A DNA stretch of 64,000 bases from Alphaproteobacteria bacterium (GTDB lineage: Bacteria > Pseudomonadota > Alphaproteobacteria > Micavibrionales > UBA2020): the NCBI GenBank assembly GCA_004297545.1, contig SCTB01000123.1, forward strand, positions 20,630-84,629, in the 5' to 3' direction. The position numbers and the translations under genes were made by a program. Under the pieces are notes generated by a model. That model did no database searches, was not told where the DNA came from, and worked only from the letters and a program-made list of their open reading frames with translations. Numbering within the stretch: position 1 is the stretch's first letter; each line of letters opens with the position of its first letter. Positions 1 through 7,516 of the stretch are shown piece after piece.

Positions 1-907
1 GGTCGCCCTGCTGGTGCCTGTCACCCTGCTGACCGCCGGCCTGCTGCTGGCCCCACTGCTGGTGGCCACCCCGCGGCTGCGCATCGGCAACGCGCTGGCG
101 CGGCTGCACCACGGGTTCAACATGGCGGGGTTCTGCATGCCGCACGGGGGGCGTGTACACCGGTGGAGGATTGTTAATAATGGTGCGGTTATGATCGCCG
201 CCGCGCTGCCATTGCCCGTCGTTATGGTGGTTGTCATGGCGCCAGCCGCCGTTCCAGGGACCTGGATTGCCGCGTCCGTTGATGATGGTCGTCTGATTGT
301 TGATGATGGTCGTATTGTTGCCGCGGTAATGATGGTTGCGGTGCCCGTGGTCATCCCAGAAGCCGCCCCAGCGGTGATAAGCCGGCACATATCCCGGATG
401 CCAGCCGCCGATAACCCAGCCAAAGCCGATGATGGGAACGATCGGCGGGCAAATAATGTAGGTTTCCGGCTCATAGTAGGTATATATGCGCGTCCTGGCG
501 CGGAGTTCGTTATCGGCAAGGCGCTGTTCGTTGTAGTAGGCGTTATCAACCGCGCGCTGGAACTGGCTGGCCGAATTCGGATCATCCAGGTTATAGGCGC
601 GGACGACTGTCGCGTTGCTGCCGTTCAGCTGGAATTCGAGGCCGATATTCTCGCCGTCCGAAGCCGTGCCCTGCGTAAAACCCACGCCGCTGCGGTAATA
701 GATTGTCTGCACGCCAATGTTGTACGCCAGATCGTCGATGGCCCCCTGGCTGACCGATGCGCGCATGGGCACAATCGTCTGGTTATACACCTGCCCCTGC
801 CCCGCCCAGATGGGAACGGTCTGAGCCTGGGCGCTGGTGGCGCCCATCGTCACCACACCGGCTGCCGCAAGCGTAAAGGCGGCAACAAGGGATTTGATCT
901 TTTTCAT
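1..907 (-). CDS. Secreted protein, partial (C-terminus lies beyond window start); Sec signal peptide plus His/Asn/Gly/Gln-rich repetitive C-terminal region
   Basis: Absent from the ORF track because it has no in-window stop. Manual reverse-complement translation from ATG (905-907) stays open to position 1: MKKIKSLVAAFTLAAAGVVTMGATSAQA/QTVPIW..., then ...HRWGGFWDDHGHRNHHYRGNNTTIINNQTTIINGRGN...DHNRTIINNPPP. The listed + ORF 14..955 is its antisense shadow. Confidence 0.55.
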   Translation of the reverse strand, partial: MKKIKSLVAAFTLAAAGVVTMGATSAQAQTVPIWAGQGQVYNQTIVPMRASVSQGAIDDLAYNIGVQTIYYRSGVGFTQGTASDGENIGLEFQLNGSNATVVRAYNLDDPNSASQFQRAVDNAYYNEQRLADNELRARTRIYTYYEPETYIICPPIVPIIGFGWVIGGWHPGYVPAYHRWGGFWDDHGHRNHHYRGNNTTIINNQTTIINGRGNPGPWNGGWRHDNHHNDGQWQRGGDHNRTIINNPPPVYTPPVRHAEPRHVEPVVQPRQRVADAQPRGGHQQWGQQQAGGQQGDRHQQGD

Positions 908-1034
908 ACGAAAAGCCTCGCCTGGAAATATGCTGTTTCTGAGCAAAACTTATAACGGGGGTACCCAAGCACGTCAATTGCGTTTTATGGCAAGGAAATT
1001 ACGTCCCTTTATACCCCAGATAATCAGTGGGTTA

Positions 1035-1481
1035 TCAGGTTTTTCCGGGGAACATCGCTTTATCAAGGCGGGAAACAAGCTTCGGTTCTAGGCCCGAAAT
1101 CTCGTCGAGCGGCGGTGGGTTGCCGCGCAGCTGGGTCAGCGCATCATGCGCGTCGATGATGCCCTGCTTGCCTTCGATTTCGCTGAAAGGACGCAGGAAT
1201 ACCTGGGGGCGCTCGTAACTGTCGTTTGAATCCGCAAAGTAGACCTGCTGCACATAGGTCATGACTTCGCAGCTTTTAAAATCGTAGACCGAAATCATCA
1301 CGGCGCCGACATGCTCATCGGTGCTGCCATAGGCAAAAACCGGCAGCTCCTTGCGTTCAAGCACCGTCGTGTCGTCGATTTTCTGGTAGCCGAACTGCCG
1401 GTCGGTATCGTCCGATCCGCAAATTTCGTTGAAACGCCGGACCAGCTTCAGCGGCTTCTTTGACTTTGCATCCCCGCCCAT
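1035..1481 (-). CDS. Hypothetical protein, paralog of 2965..3315
   Basis: 148-aa ORF with AGAGG about 8 nt upstream of the ATG. Shares blocks with 2965..3315: K.LKLV, GYQ(K/R)(I/L)DD, (S/Q)VYDF.S, KQ.I.DAH.AL..L.G.PPPL. Confidence 0.6.
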   Translation of the reverse strand: MGGDAKSKKPLKLVRRFNEICGSDDTDRQFGYQKIDDTTVLERKELPVFAYGSTDEHVGAVMISVYDFKSCEVMTYVQQVYFADSNDSYERPQVFLRPFSEIEGKQGIIDAHDALTQLRGNPPPLDEISGLEPKLVSRLDKAMFPGKT

Positions 1482-1550
1482 GACGAACCTCTTGTTGAAC
1501 TGCAGGAGGGCAGTCTAATTATATGACAAATAGATGTCAATAGGGATTAT

Positions 1551-2489
1551 TCAGCCGCGGACGGCCAGCCGGGGCGACGAGGAAACGACAATCAGCCCCG
1601 CCAGCATGCCGTCGAGCTTTTCGTGCAGCTGCTGCAAAAAGTTCGCCGTACAATATGCGGCAAAATCGGCGCGTGCCGCCGCCAGGCGGGTGTCGTCCAG
1701 CGCGATGCGCTCGCGTAAGTGAACGCTCAGCCTCTTGCCGGCGCCGCGGGAAATCCATTTGCGCATGCGCCGCTGGCGGGAGGCGATGTCGTTGATATCG
1801 CCCAGACGCTGCTGCAGGCTTTCGATGCGCGGCAAAACGTCTTTTTTGAAGGCGGATGGAAAGGCGCGCTGGACCATTTCCATCTTGTAGCGCAGCTGCT
1901 TCGACCTGATGCGGAAGGCGTGAAGTTCCTCAAGGCCGGCGCCCGCCGCAGGAACGGCGTCGAAGAAGGCGCGCACAGAGGGGCGCAGCTGCGCACGCGA
2001 CCATGGCCCGAAACGCGCATCCTTACCGTCTGCGGTTCCGATGCCTTTCACAAGCTTGCCGGCAAGTCCTGCGACATCATGCTCGTCCGCCCGGCGCCTG
2101 ATGCGCACAAGTTCTTTCTGCGCCTTGTCGCGGCTGCGGCGCGCCAATTTCAGGATTTGGGCGGCGCCTTGGCCCGTGCGTTCCTTTTCCAGCAGCGCGA
2201 TGAGCATATCGAGATCGCGCGCCTTGCCTGCCGCCCGGCGGATTTCCTTCAGTTCTTTTTCAAGCTTTACCTTTTGTTTTTGCGGCATGAAACCGGCGTA
2301 AAGATCGAGGGCCGCCGCCGCCCGGCGGGCGGCCACGCGCAGCTGGTGCACGTATCTGGCCTTGCCCTCTTTCTTCCCGGCGGCTTTCGGCAAATAGAAG
2401 AGAACGTCTTTCAGCCATCTACCGGTCTGGAGACTGGCCATTTCAGCCGCAGAAACATCGGGCCGGATTTTCACAAGAGAATGCGCCAT
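1551..2489 (-). CDS. CHAD domain-containing protein
   Basis: Helical repeats with conserved His/Arg motifs typical of CHAD (HQLRVAARRAAAALDLY; HAFRIRSKQLRYKMEM). Start moved to MAHSLVKIRPD (ATG 2487-2489). Confidence 0.7.
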   Translation of the reverse strand: MAHSLVKIRPDVSAAEMASLQTGRWLKDVLFYLPKAAGKKEGKARYVHQLRVAARRAAAALDLYAGFMPQKQKVKLEKELKEIRRAAGKARDLDMLIALLEKERTGQGAAQILKLARRSRDKAQKELVRIRRRADEHDVAGLAGKLVKGIGTADGKDARFGPWSRAQLRPSVRAFFDAVPAAGAGLEELHAFRIRSKQLRYKMEMVQRAFPSAFKKDVLPRIESLQQRLGDINDIASRQRRMRKWISRGAGKRLSVHLRERIALDDTRLAAARADFAAYCTANFLQQLHEKLDGMLAGLIVVSSSPRLAVRG

Positions 2490-2601
2490 GAGCCAAATGC
2501 CTTTTTGATGAATGACGGATGTTATCACATTCCGCCTTAAAACGCAGGAAACGCGATTCCGGTTCAAGCCGCAATCGCGTTTTCCTTAAAACCTTGACTG
2601 G

Positions 2602-2838
2602 CTAAAAATCGATCCCGGGGCCGATGCTGATCATGTCGATCTTGCCGGTGCTCATGTTGTAATGAGGGCCGACATGCACGCCATAGCTGAAGCCGGTTTT
2701 ATGAGCGGGCGCGGTCTGGGTGGCGGCGGGCGGCGAAGGCGCCGGCTGGTTGTTCTGAGCGGCATCCGGCGGATTGCATCCGGCAAGCGTCGCCGCGGCA
2801 GCAAGAAGGAAAATCGGAGCCAGTTTCTTCAGTTTCAT
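2602..2838 (-). CDS. Small lipoprotein
   Basis: MKLKKLAPIFLLAAAATLAGC: signal peptide with lipobox L-A-G-C, followed by a Pro/Ala/Gln-rich linker. Confidence 0.6.
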   Translation of the reverse strand: MKLKKLAPIFLLAAAATLAGCNPPDAAQNNQPAPSPPAATQTAPAHKTGFSYGVHVGPHYNMSTGKIDMISIGPGIDF

Positions 2839-2964
2839 CCATCACCTCCATTTGTACTCATTATGAGCATAATTGAAGCATACGACAGATTCGCAGGCGC
2901 GTCAAAAGGCGCACCGCCTCCTTAAAGCCAAATGACTGAATTTATTGATGGTTCAGGAGCGCCG

Positions 2965-3315
2965 TCAGGCGATGCCGAGCACCTGCTCCAGCGGCGGCGG
3001 CGATCCGCCCAGCTCCACCAGCGCCTGATGCGCATCCTTGATGGCCTGCTTGTTGCCGATATCGCGAAAAGCCAGTACCTGCATGGCGCTAGCTGTAGTC
3101 GAGGTATTGTAGCCCTTCGCGTCCAAAATAGTGGTCATCAGGTACGAGCTGAAATCATAGACCTGGATAAGGATGGAATTGAGTTCCTTGGTGATCGGAA
3201 CGTAACGGCGGTAGAACACGATCTCGTCATCCAGCCGCTGGTAGCCCTCGAGCCGCCATTTTGCCGTTTCGTCCTTGACGAGCTTGAGCTCTTTTCTCTT
3301 GCCCCCATCAGTCAT
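2965..3315 (-). CDS. Hypothetical protein, paralog of 1035..1481
   Basis: 116-aa ORF with AGGGGG 6 nt upstream of the ATG. Shares the ...QVYDFSS... and KQAIKDAHQALVELGGSPPPLEQV blocks with 1035..1481. Confidence 0.6.
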   Translation of the reverse strand: MTDGGKRKELKLVKDETAKWRLEGYQRLDDEIVFYRRYVPITKELNSILIQVYDFSSYLMTTILDAKGYNTSTTASAMQVLAFRDIGNKQAIKDAHQALVELGGSPPPLEQVLGIA

Positions 3316-3457
3316 GGTGCCCCCTGCGGTTAAATGATCCCCGTCAAAAGACTAACATACCGGGTGCTTATGTCAACGCACGGTGATTTGCTTTGGTTAT
3401 GAAGGGGTTATAGAATAAGTGCACGGAACGGTTGCCGCGTAAAATTGTGGACGGGTT

Positions 3458-4171
3458 ATGAAGCGTTTTTTCGTCATTATATTTTCCCTGATCATTGGCG
3501 GCGCTGTCGCGCTTGCGGCCTACCCGATGATTTCGCCCTATCACGCGCGCCTGCGCGCTGATTTTTCCAATCCGTCAAAGCGTGACGCGGCGGTGCAGCA
3601 GGCAATCGCTTTTGAAAAGGCGCACATCAAGGCGCTGCGCGGCGACAAGGTGGAACAATACAGGTTCGGGCTGTTCTTCTCGAGGGGAGACCTTGGTTTC
3701 TCAAATGCGACGCAGGCGTTCGACTGGTTCAAAAAATCGGCGGATCAGGGATATCCGCTGGCAGCGCTGGCCATGGCGCATGCCTACCTTGCCGGCGAAG
3801 GCGTTCAGAAGGACGAAGAACAGGGCGCAACATGGGCCGAGAAAGCGTATCAGTCTCCGGATGTGCCCCTCGCGCGCGACCTGATGGGCCTGTTGCTGAC
3901 AGGGGCGATCGGCGAGCGTCAGGATATCGCAACGGGCCTCAGCCTGTTGCAGCGCGGGCAGTCTCCCGACGTTGTCCAGGTCGGCGCTGACATCGATGCG
4001 CGGCTCAAGGCGGTTTACGCCCTGCCGCGGGAGCAGCGCGACGCCGAACTGAAGGCCATGGAAGAAGCGGTGAAGGCGGAGGTGCGCACGAAATTCCCCG
4101 CCCTCGAGAAAGACATCGCCACGGCGGGCCTCATAGACCCGCCGGCCACCAGCGTTGCCGCGACCAAGTAA
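3458..4171 (+). CDS. Sel1-like repeat (SLR) protein with N-terminal membrane anchor or signal
   Basis: Hydrophobic N-terminus MKRFFVIIFSLIIGGAVALAA. SLR signature: AFDWFKKSADQGYPLAALAMAHAYLAGEGVQKDEEQGATWAEKA. Confidence 0.65.
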   Translation: MKRFFVIIFSLIIGGAVALAAYPMISPYHARLRADFSNPSKRDAAVQQAIAFEKAHIKALRGDKVEQYRFGLFFSRGDLGFSNATQAFDWFKKSADQGYPLAALAMAHAYLAGEGVQKDEEQGATWAEKAYQSPDVPLARDLMGLLLTGAIGERQDIATGLSLLQRGQSPDVVQVGADIDARLKAVYALPREQRDAELKAMEEAVKAEVRTKFPALEKDIATAGLIDPPATSVAATK

Positions 4172-4269
4172 TCATACCCATTCTTATGCGAAATAAAATC
4201 CCTGTTGTTTGCAGCCGGGGCGGGACTAAGATGCGTCATCCTCGCATCATGAAAAGGGAGCGGATTTAA

Positions 4270-5034
4270 ATGGACATTAAAGGCTTGGCGGCGATCGTTA
4301 CGGGCGGCGGCTCGGGCATGGGCGCGGAAACCGCGCGTTATCTGGCGAAGGCCGGCGCGAAAGTCGCCGTGCTCGACATCAACAAGGCGAATGTCGAAAC
4401 GGTGGCGAAGGAAATCGGCGGCATCGGGCTTGAATGCGACGTGTCGAGCGATGCTTCGGCCAAAGCCGCGATGGAAGCCGCGCAAAAAGCGCACGGCCCC
4501 GTGCGCATCCTGATGAACTGCGCGGGCGTGGCGCCCGCCGCGCGCGTCGTGGGCAAGGAAGGCCCTCACGACCTCGGGCTGTTTTCGAAAGTCATCGGCG
4601 TGAACCTGATTGGCTCCTTCAACATGCTGCGCCTTGCGGCCGCGGAAATGTCGACGCTGGAGCCGCTTAATGATACGGGCGAGCGCGGCATCATCATCAA
4701 TACCGCGAGCGTCGCCGCCTATGAGGGCCAGATCGGCCAGGCGGCCTATGCCGCGTCGAAGGGCGGCATCGTCGGCATGACGCTGCCCGCCGCGCGCGAA
4801 CTGTCGCGCTTTGGCATCCGCGTCGTCACCATCGCGCCCGGACTTATCGGCACGCCGATGCTGCTCTCCATGCCCAAGGAAGTGCAGGACAGCCTCGTCG
4901 CCACGACCCTCTTCCCCAAGCGCCTCGGCAAGCCCGAGGAATTCGCGAAACTCGCCCTGCATATAATCGAGAATGCGATGATCAACGGCGAGACCATCCG
5001 CCTGGATGGCGCGGTGCGCCTTGCGGCAAAATAA
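4270..5034 (+). CDS. SDR-family oxidoreductase, 3-hydroxyacyl-CoA dehydrogenase type II-like
   Basis: TGGGSGMG Rossmann motif, NCAG, and catalytic YAASKGG (YxxxK). 254 aa. Confidence 0.8.
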   Translation: MDIKGLAAIVTGGGSGMGAETARYLAKAGAKVAVLDINKANVETVAKEIGGIGLECDVSSDASAKAAMEAAQKAHGPVRILMNCAGVAPAARVVGKEGPHDLGLFSKVIGVNLIGSFNMLRLAAAEMSTLEPLNDTGERGIIINTASVAAYEGQIGQAAYAASKGGIVGMTLPAARELSRFGIRVVTIAPGLIGTPMLLSMPKEVQDSLVATTLFPKRLGKPEEFAKLALHIIENAMINGETIRLDGAVRLAAK

Positions 5035-5982
5035 ATGAAGCGCCTTGCGCTGATCCTCCTTCTGCTGGCGCTCAGTCCCTGCGCGCTGGCCGACGATATC
5101 GCCGCGCGGCGGCAGGCCGCGGAACAGACCGCGCGGCATAACGCGAAATGCGCCGCCATCGGCGATTTCTACTGGGAGATCGGCGACAAGACGGGAAGGC
5201 TGGCCGGCGGCAGTATCGGCAGCGCCTACGGCGCGAACACCAGCCTCCGCATTTATTCCGCCTCCAAGCTCGTTTTCGGCGCCTATGCGCTGGAGAAGAT
5301 GGCGGGCAAGGCGCCGGACGAGCACCAGGTTCACCTGCTGAATATGACGGGCGGCTACGCGCATACGGAGCGCGACTTTCTGGCCTGCAGCTGGTTCGCC
5401 CGCAACATCGCGGCCTGCGCCGAGGAGGGAAAGGCGAATGAGCCGGATCCGGCTGACGTGGGCATTTTCTCCTATGGCAGCCAGGGCGACGAAAGGCTCG
5501 CGGTTGAGCTTGGCCTCGGCGATAAGACGAAGAAGACGATGGCCGCGGAATATAAAAAGTACCTTGGCGACGACCTCGACTTCACCTTCCATTCGCTTCA
5601 GCTGGCGAGCGGCCTGAAATCGACGCCCGGCAATTACGCGCGTTTCCTGCGGAAAATATTGTCTGGACAGCTGCGCATGAAGGAATATCTGGGGACCCAT
5701 GCCGTCTGCGCCTCAAAGAAAGCCTGCCCCGCCAAGGTCGCGCTTACGCCAACCCCTTACGACTGGCATTACAGCCTGAACCACTGGGTTGAGGACGACA
5801 AGGATGGCGATGGCGCTTTCAGCAGCGCCGGACTTCAGGGATTCTATCCGTGGATTTCTGCCGACAAGACCGCCTACGGCCTTGTCGCCCGGCAGGTTTT
5901 CGGCACGCGGTCCTGGGCGGAGAGCGCGTGGTGCGGCATGGCGATCCGCAAAGCATGGACGACGGGGAAAGCCGTCAATTAG
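5035..5982 (+). CDS. Secreted serine hydrolase, beta-lactamase/transpeptidase-like fold (tentative)
   Basis: Signal peptide MKRLALILLLLALSPCALA. SxxK motif (YSASKLV). C-terminal SSAGLQGFYPWISADKTAYGLVARQ resembles the KTG/HxG box region. ATG directly follows the SDR stop. Confidence 0.4.
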   Translation: MKRLALILLLLALSPCALADDIAARRQAAEQTARHNAKCAAIGDFYWEIGDKTGRLAGGSIGSAYGANTSLRIYSASKLVFGAYALEKMAGKAPDEHQVHLLNMTGGYAHTERDFLACSWFARNIAACAEEGKANEPDPADVGIFSYGSQGDERLAVELGLGDKTKKTMAAEYKKYLGDDLDFTFHSLQLASGLKSTPGNYARFLRKILSGQLRMKEYLGTHAVCASKKACPAKVALTPTPYDWHYSLNHWVEDDKDGDGAFSSAGLQGFYPWISADKTAYGLVARQVFGTRSWAESAWCGMAIRKAWTTGKAVN

Positions 5983-6848
5983 GGTTTCGGCGAGGCCTTG
6001 CGCTTCGCAAGGCTTTCTTCCCAGCTCTCAATCACCTGCGTCGAGGTCTTTGAGCCGCCGTGGCCGTCGGCGATGGCGAGGAAGAGGTTTTCCTTCATGT
6101 CGCGCGGAATTTTAAGCACCAGCGCCGTGATGTTGTCGCCGCTGCCGTTTTCATGCGCATAGGCGGCAAAAATCTCGGCAAGGCTGCCGTCTTTCTTCTG
6201 CGCGATGGCGTCCTGCAGCGGCGCGATGTAATCGTCCGGGTCCAGAGTTTCATAAAGACCGTCAGACGACAGGCAGAGGTAAACGTCCCTGCCCGCGTCG
6301 ATTTCCTTTTTCAGGTCGGCGGCCGAAAATTCCGGCTTGCGCGAGACGCCCAGGTATCCGCCGTCGCCGAAAGCGCGGGACAGCATCAGGCTGCCCTCGA
6401 CGCGCCCGTTGGCCGCGACAGTGCCGCCCGCGCGCTCGATGCGCGCCTTTTCGGCAGGTATGGCAGCGTGATGATCTTTGGTCAGCTTGCGCGCGGTAAT
6501 ATCGCCCGTCGCCGGGTCATGCACGAAAACGACCACGGGGCTGTCGCCGAGATAGGCCGCGCTCAGCTGCAAATCCGCCGTCAGCACCAGCGCCGTGCCG
6601 GTCGAGCCCGCGCGGTTTGAATCCGTCTTCTTCGCGGCGGCGCTGAAGATATCGGCGAGGAAAAGTTTCGCCTCGCGGGCGGTGATGTCCAGCGTATCGA
6701 CGAGGTAGCGATCCTCTTGGTATGGCCGTCCGCCGCGGTATGTCGCCATCTGCACGGCGCCGCTGCCGAAAGAAATATCGCGCGATTCATCGCCCGCATG
6801 GGCAGGCACGGGATCTTGCCCGTTCAGGAGTTTTTTCTTGCTTGTCAT
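5979..6848 (-). CDS. PP2C-family Ser/Thr protein phosphatase
   Basis: YRGGRPYQEDRY, LSRAFGD and GSGDNITALVL motifs. Start set to MTSKKKLL (ATG 6846-6848). Confidence 0.8.
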   Translation of the reverse strand: MTSKKKLLNGQDPVPAHAGDESRDISFGSGAVQMATYRGGRPYQEDRYLVDTLDITAREAKLFLADIFSAAAKKTDSNRAGSTGTALVLTADLQLSAAYLGDSPVVVFVHDPATGDITARKLTKDHHAAIPAEKARIERAGGTVAANGRVEGSLMLSRAFGDGGYLGVSRKPEFSAADLKKEIDAGRDVYLCLSSDGLYETLDPDDYIAPLQDAIAQKKDGSLAEIFAAYAHENGSGDNITALVLKIPRDMKENLFLAIADGHGGSKTSTQVIESWEESLAKRKASPKP

Positions 6849-6960
6849 GAGCAGGACTATGCCGAATGCCCGCCATCGGCACAAGGTTGGAATATGTATA
6901 AGTATATGAAAAATAATAAAACTTATCCGCTCTTCCCCACAGGTTTCCCTGTATTTCCTC

Positions 6961-6989
6961 TTGCATTATGTAAATAAATCATTTATATT
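6961..6989 (+). promoter_or_regulatory. Sigma70-like promoter candidate for the small ORFs 7016..7366
   Basis: TTGCAT (6961-6966), 17-nt spacer, TATATT (6984-6989), within an AT-rich tract about 27 nt upstream of the ATG at 7016. Confidence 0.35.
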
Positions 6990-7015
6990 CTTCGGAATCC
7001 CATGGGAGGAAACCG

Positions 7016-7183
7016 ATGAAACAGAATGCATTGAAAACGAACCTGACCACCGAATTGCCCGTCGCGGCAAATGGCAACAGCTGGCAAGCCAGCAGCGGGT
7101 CCGTCACCCTGAAACGCGTCCTGCGCGAATGGAGCGAAACCTCTGACGCCTGCGAAGCGCCCGCAAACGACGCCGCGGAGTAA
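7016..7183 (+). CDS. Small hypothetical protein (55 aa), below ORF-track threshold
   Basis: GGGAGGAAACCG-ATG gives a strong RBS. MKQNALKTNLTTELPVAANGNSWQASSGSVTLKRVLREWSETSDACEAPANDAAE. G/C-rich third codon positions like neighbouring genes. Confidence 0.4.
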   Translation: MKQNALKTNLTTELPVAANGNSWQASSGSVTLKRVLREWSETSDACEAPANDAAE

Positions 7184-7195
7184 GGCCGCTCACAA

Positions 7196-7366
7196 ATGAC
7201 GAAGAAGCCGCCCACCAGCCGTTTCTATACGCAGGTCGTGCCGGGAACAGCGGCCAACGATCAGCCGGCTTCTGCCCCGAAAAAGAAATCCTTCAAAACA
7301 GACGACGACGGCTCCACCCCCATCGACATCAACAACCTGCCGCAGATATGGTCGCGCGAGGAATAA
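7196..7366 (+). CDS. Small hypothetical protein (56 aa), below ORF-track threshold
   Basis: Begins 12 nt after the previous stop. MTKKPPTSRFYTQVVPGTAANDQPASAPKKKSFKTDDDGSTPIDINNLPQIWSREE. G/C-rich third codon positions. Followed by the palindromic element and a T-tract. Confidence 0.4.
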   Translation: MTKKPPTSRFYTQVVPGTAANDQPASAPKKKSFKTDDDGSTPIDINNLPQIWSREE

Positions 7367-7394
7367 CGACGATCCCGCGCTCACGCGTATGCAC

Positions 7395-7490
7395 CACCCC
7401 GATGAAAATCGGGGTCCAGTTTATATAACTTCTACCGCTGAATATTGAGGTAGAAAATTCATATACTGGACCCCGATTTTCATCGGGGTG
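7395..7490. repeat. Nested-palindrome intergenic element (arms are themselves hairpins); possible bidirectional terminator
   Basis: Left arm caccccgatgaaaatcggggtccagtttatata. The right arm is its reverse complement with one indel. Each arm contains ccccgat-gaaa-atcgggg. Followed by gcgttttta. Confidence 0.8.
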
Positions 7491-7516
7491 GCGTTTTTAT
7501 TTGAACGACGCTCGCT

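Noticed and set aside
14-955. 313-aa + strand ORF at the window start
   Set aside because: Ala/Val/Arg-rich composition without motifs. It is exactly antisense to a minus-strand frame that has an ATG, a textbook signal peptide and no stops up to the window edge. Treated as a high-GC shadow ORF.
4015-5700. 561-aa minus-strand ORF spanning the SDR and serine-hydrolase genes
   Set aside because: Arg/Ala/Gly-rich shadow composition. It overlaps two + strand genes with clear catalytic motifs and tight coupling.
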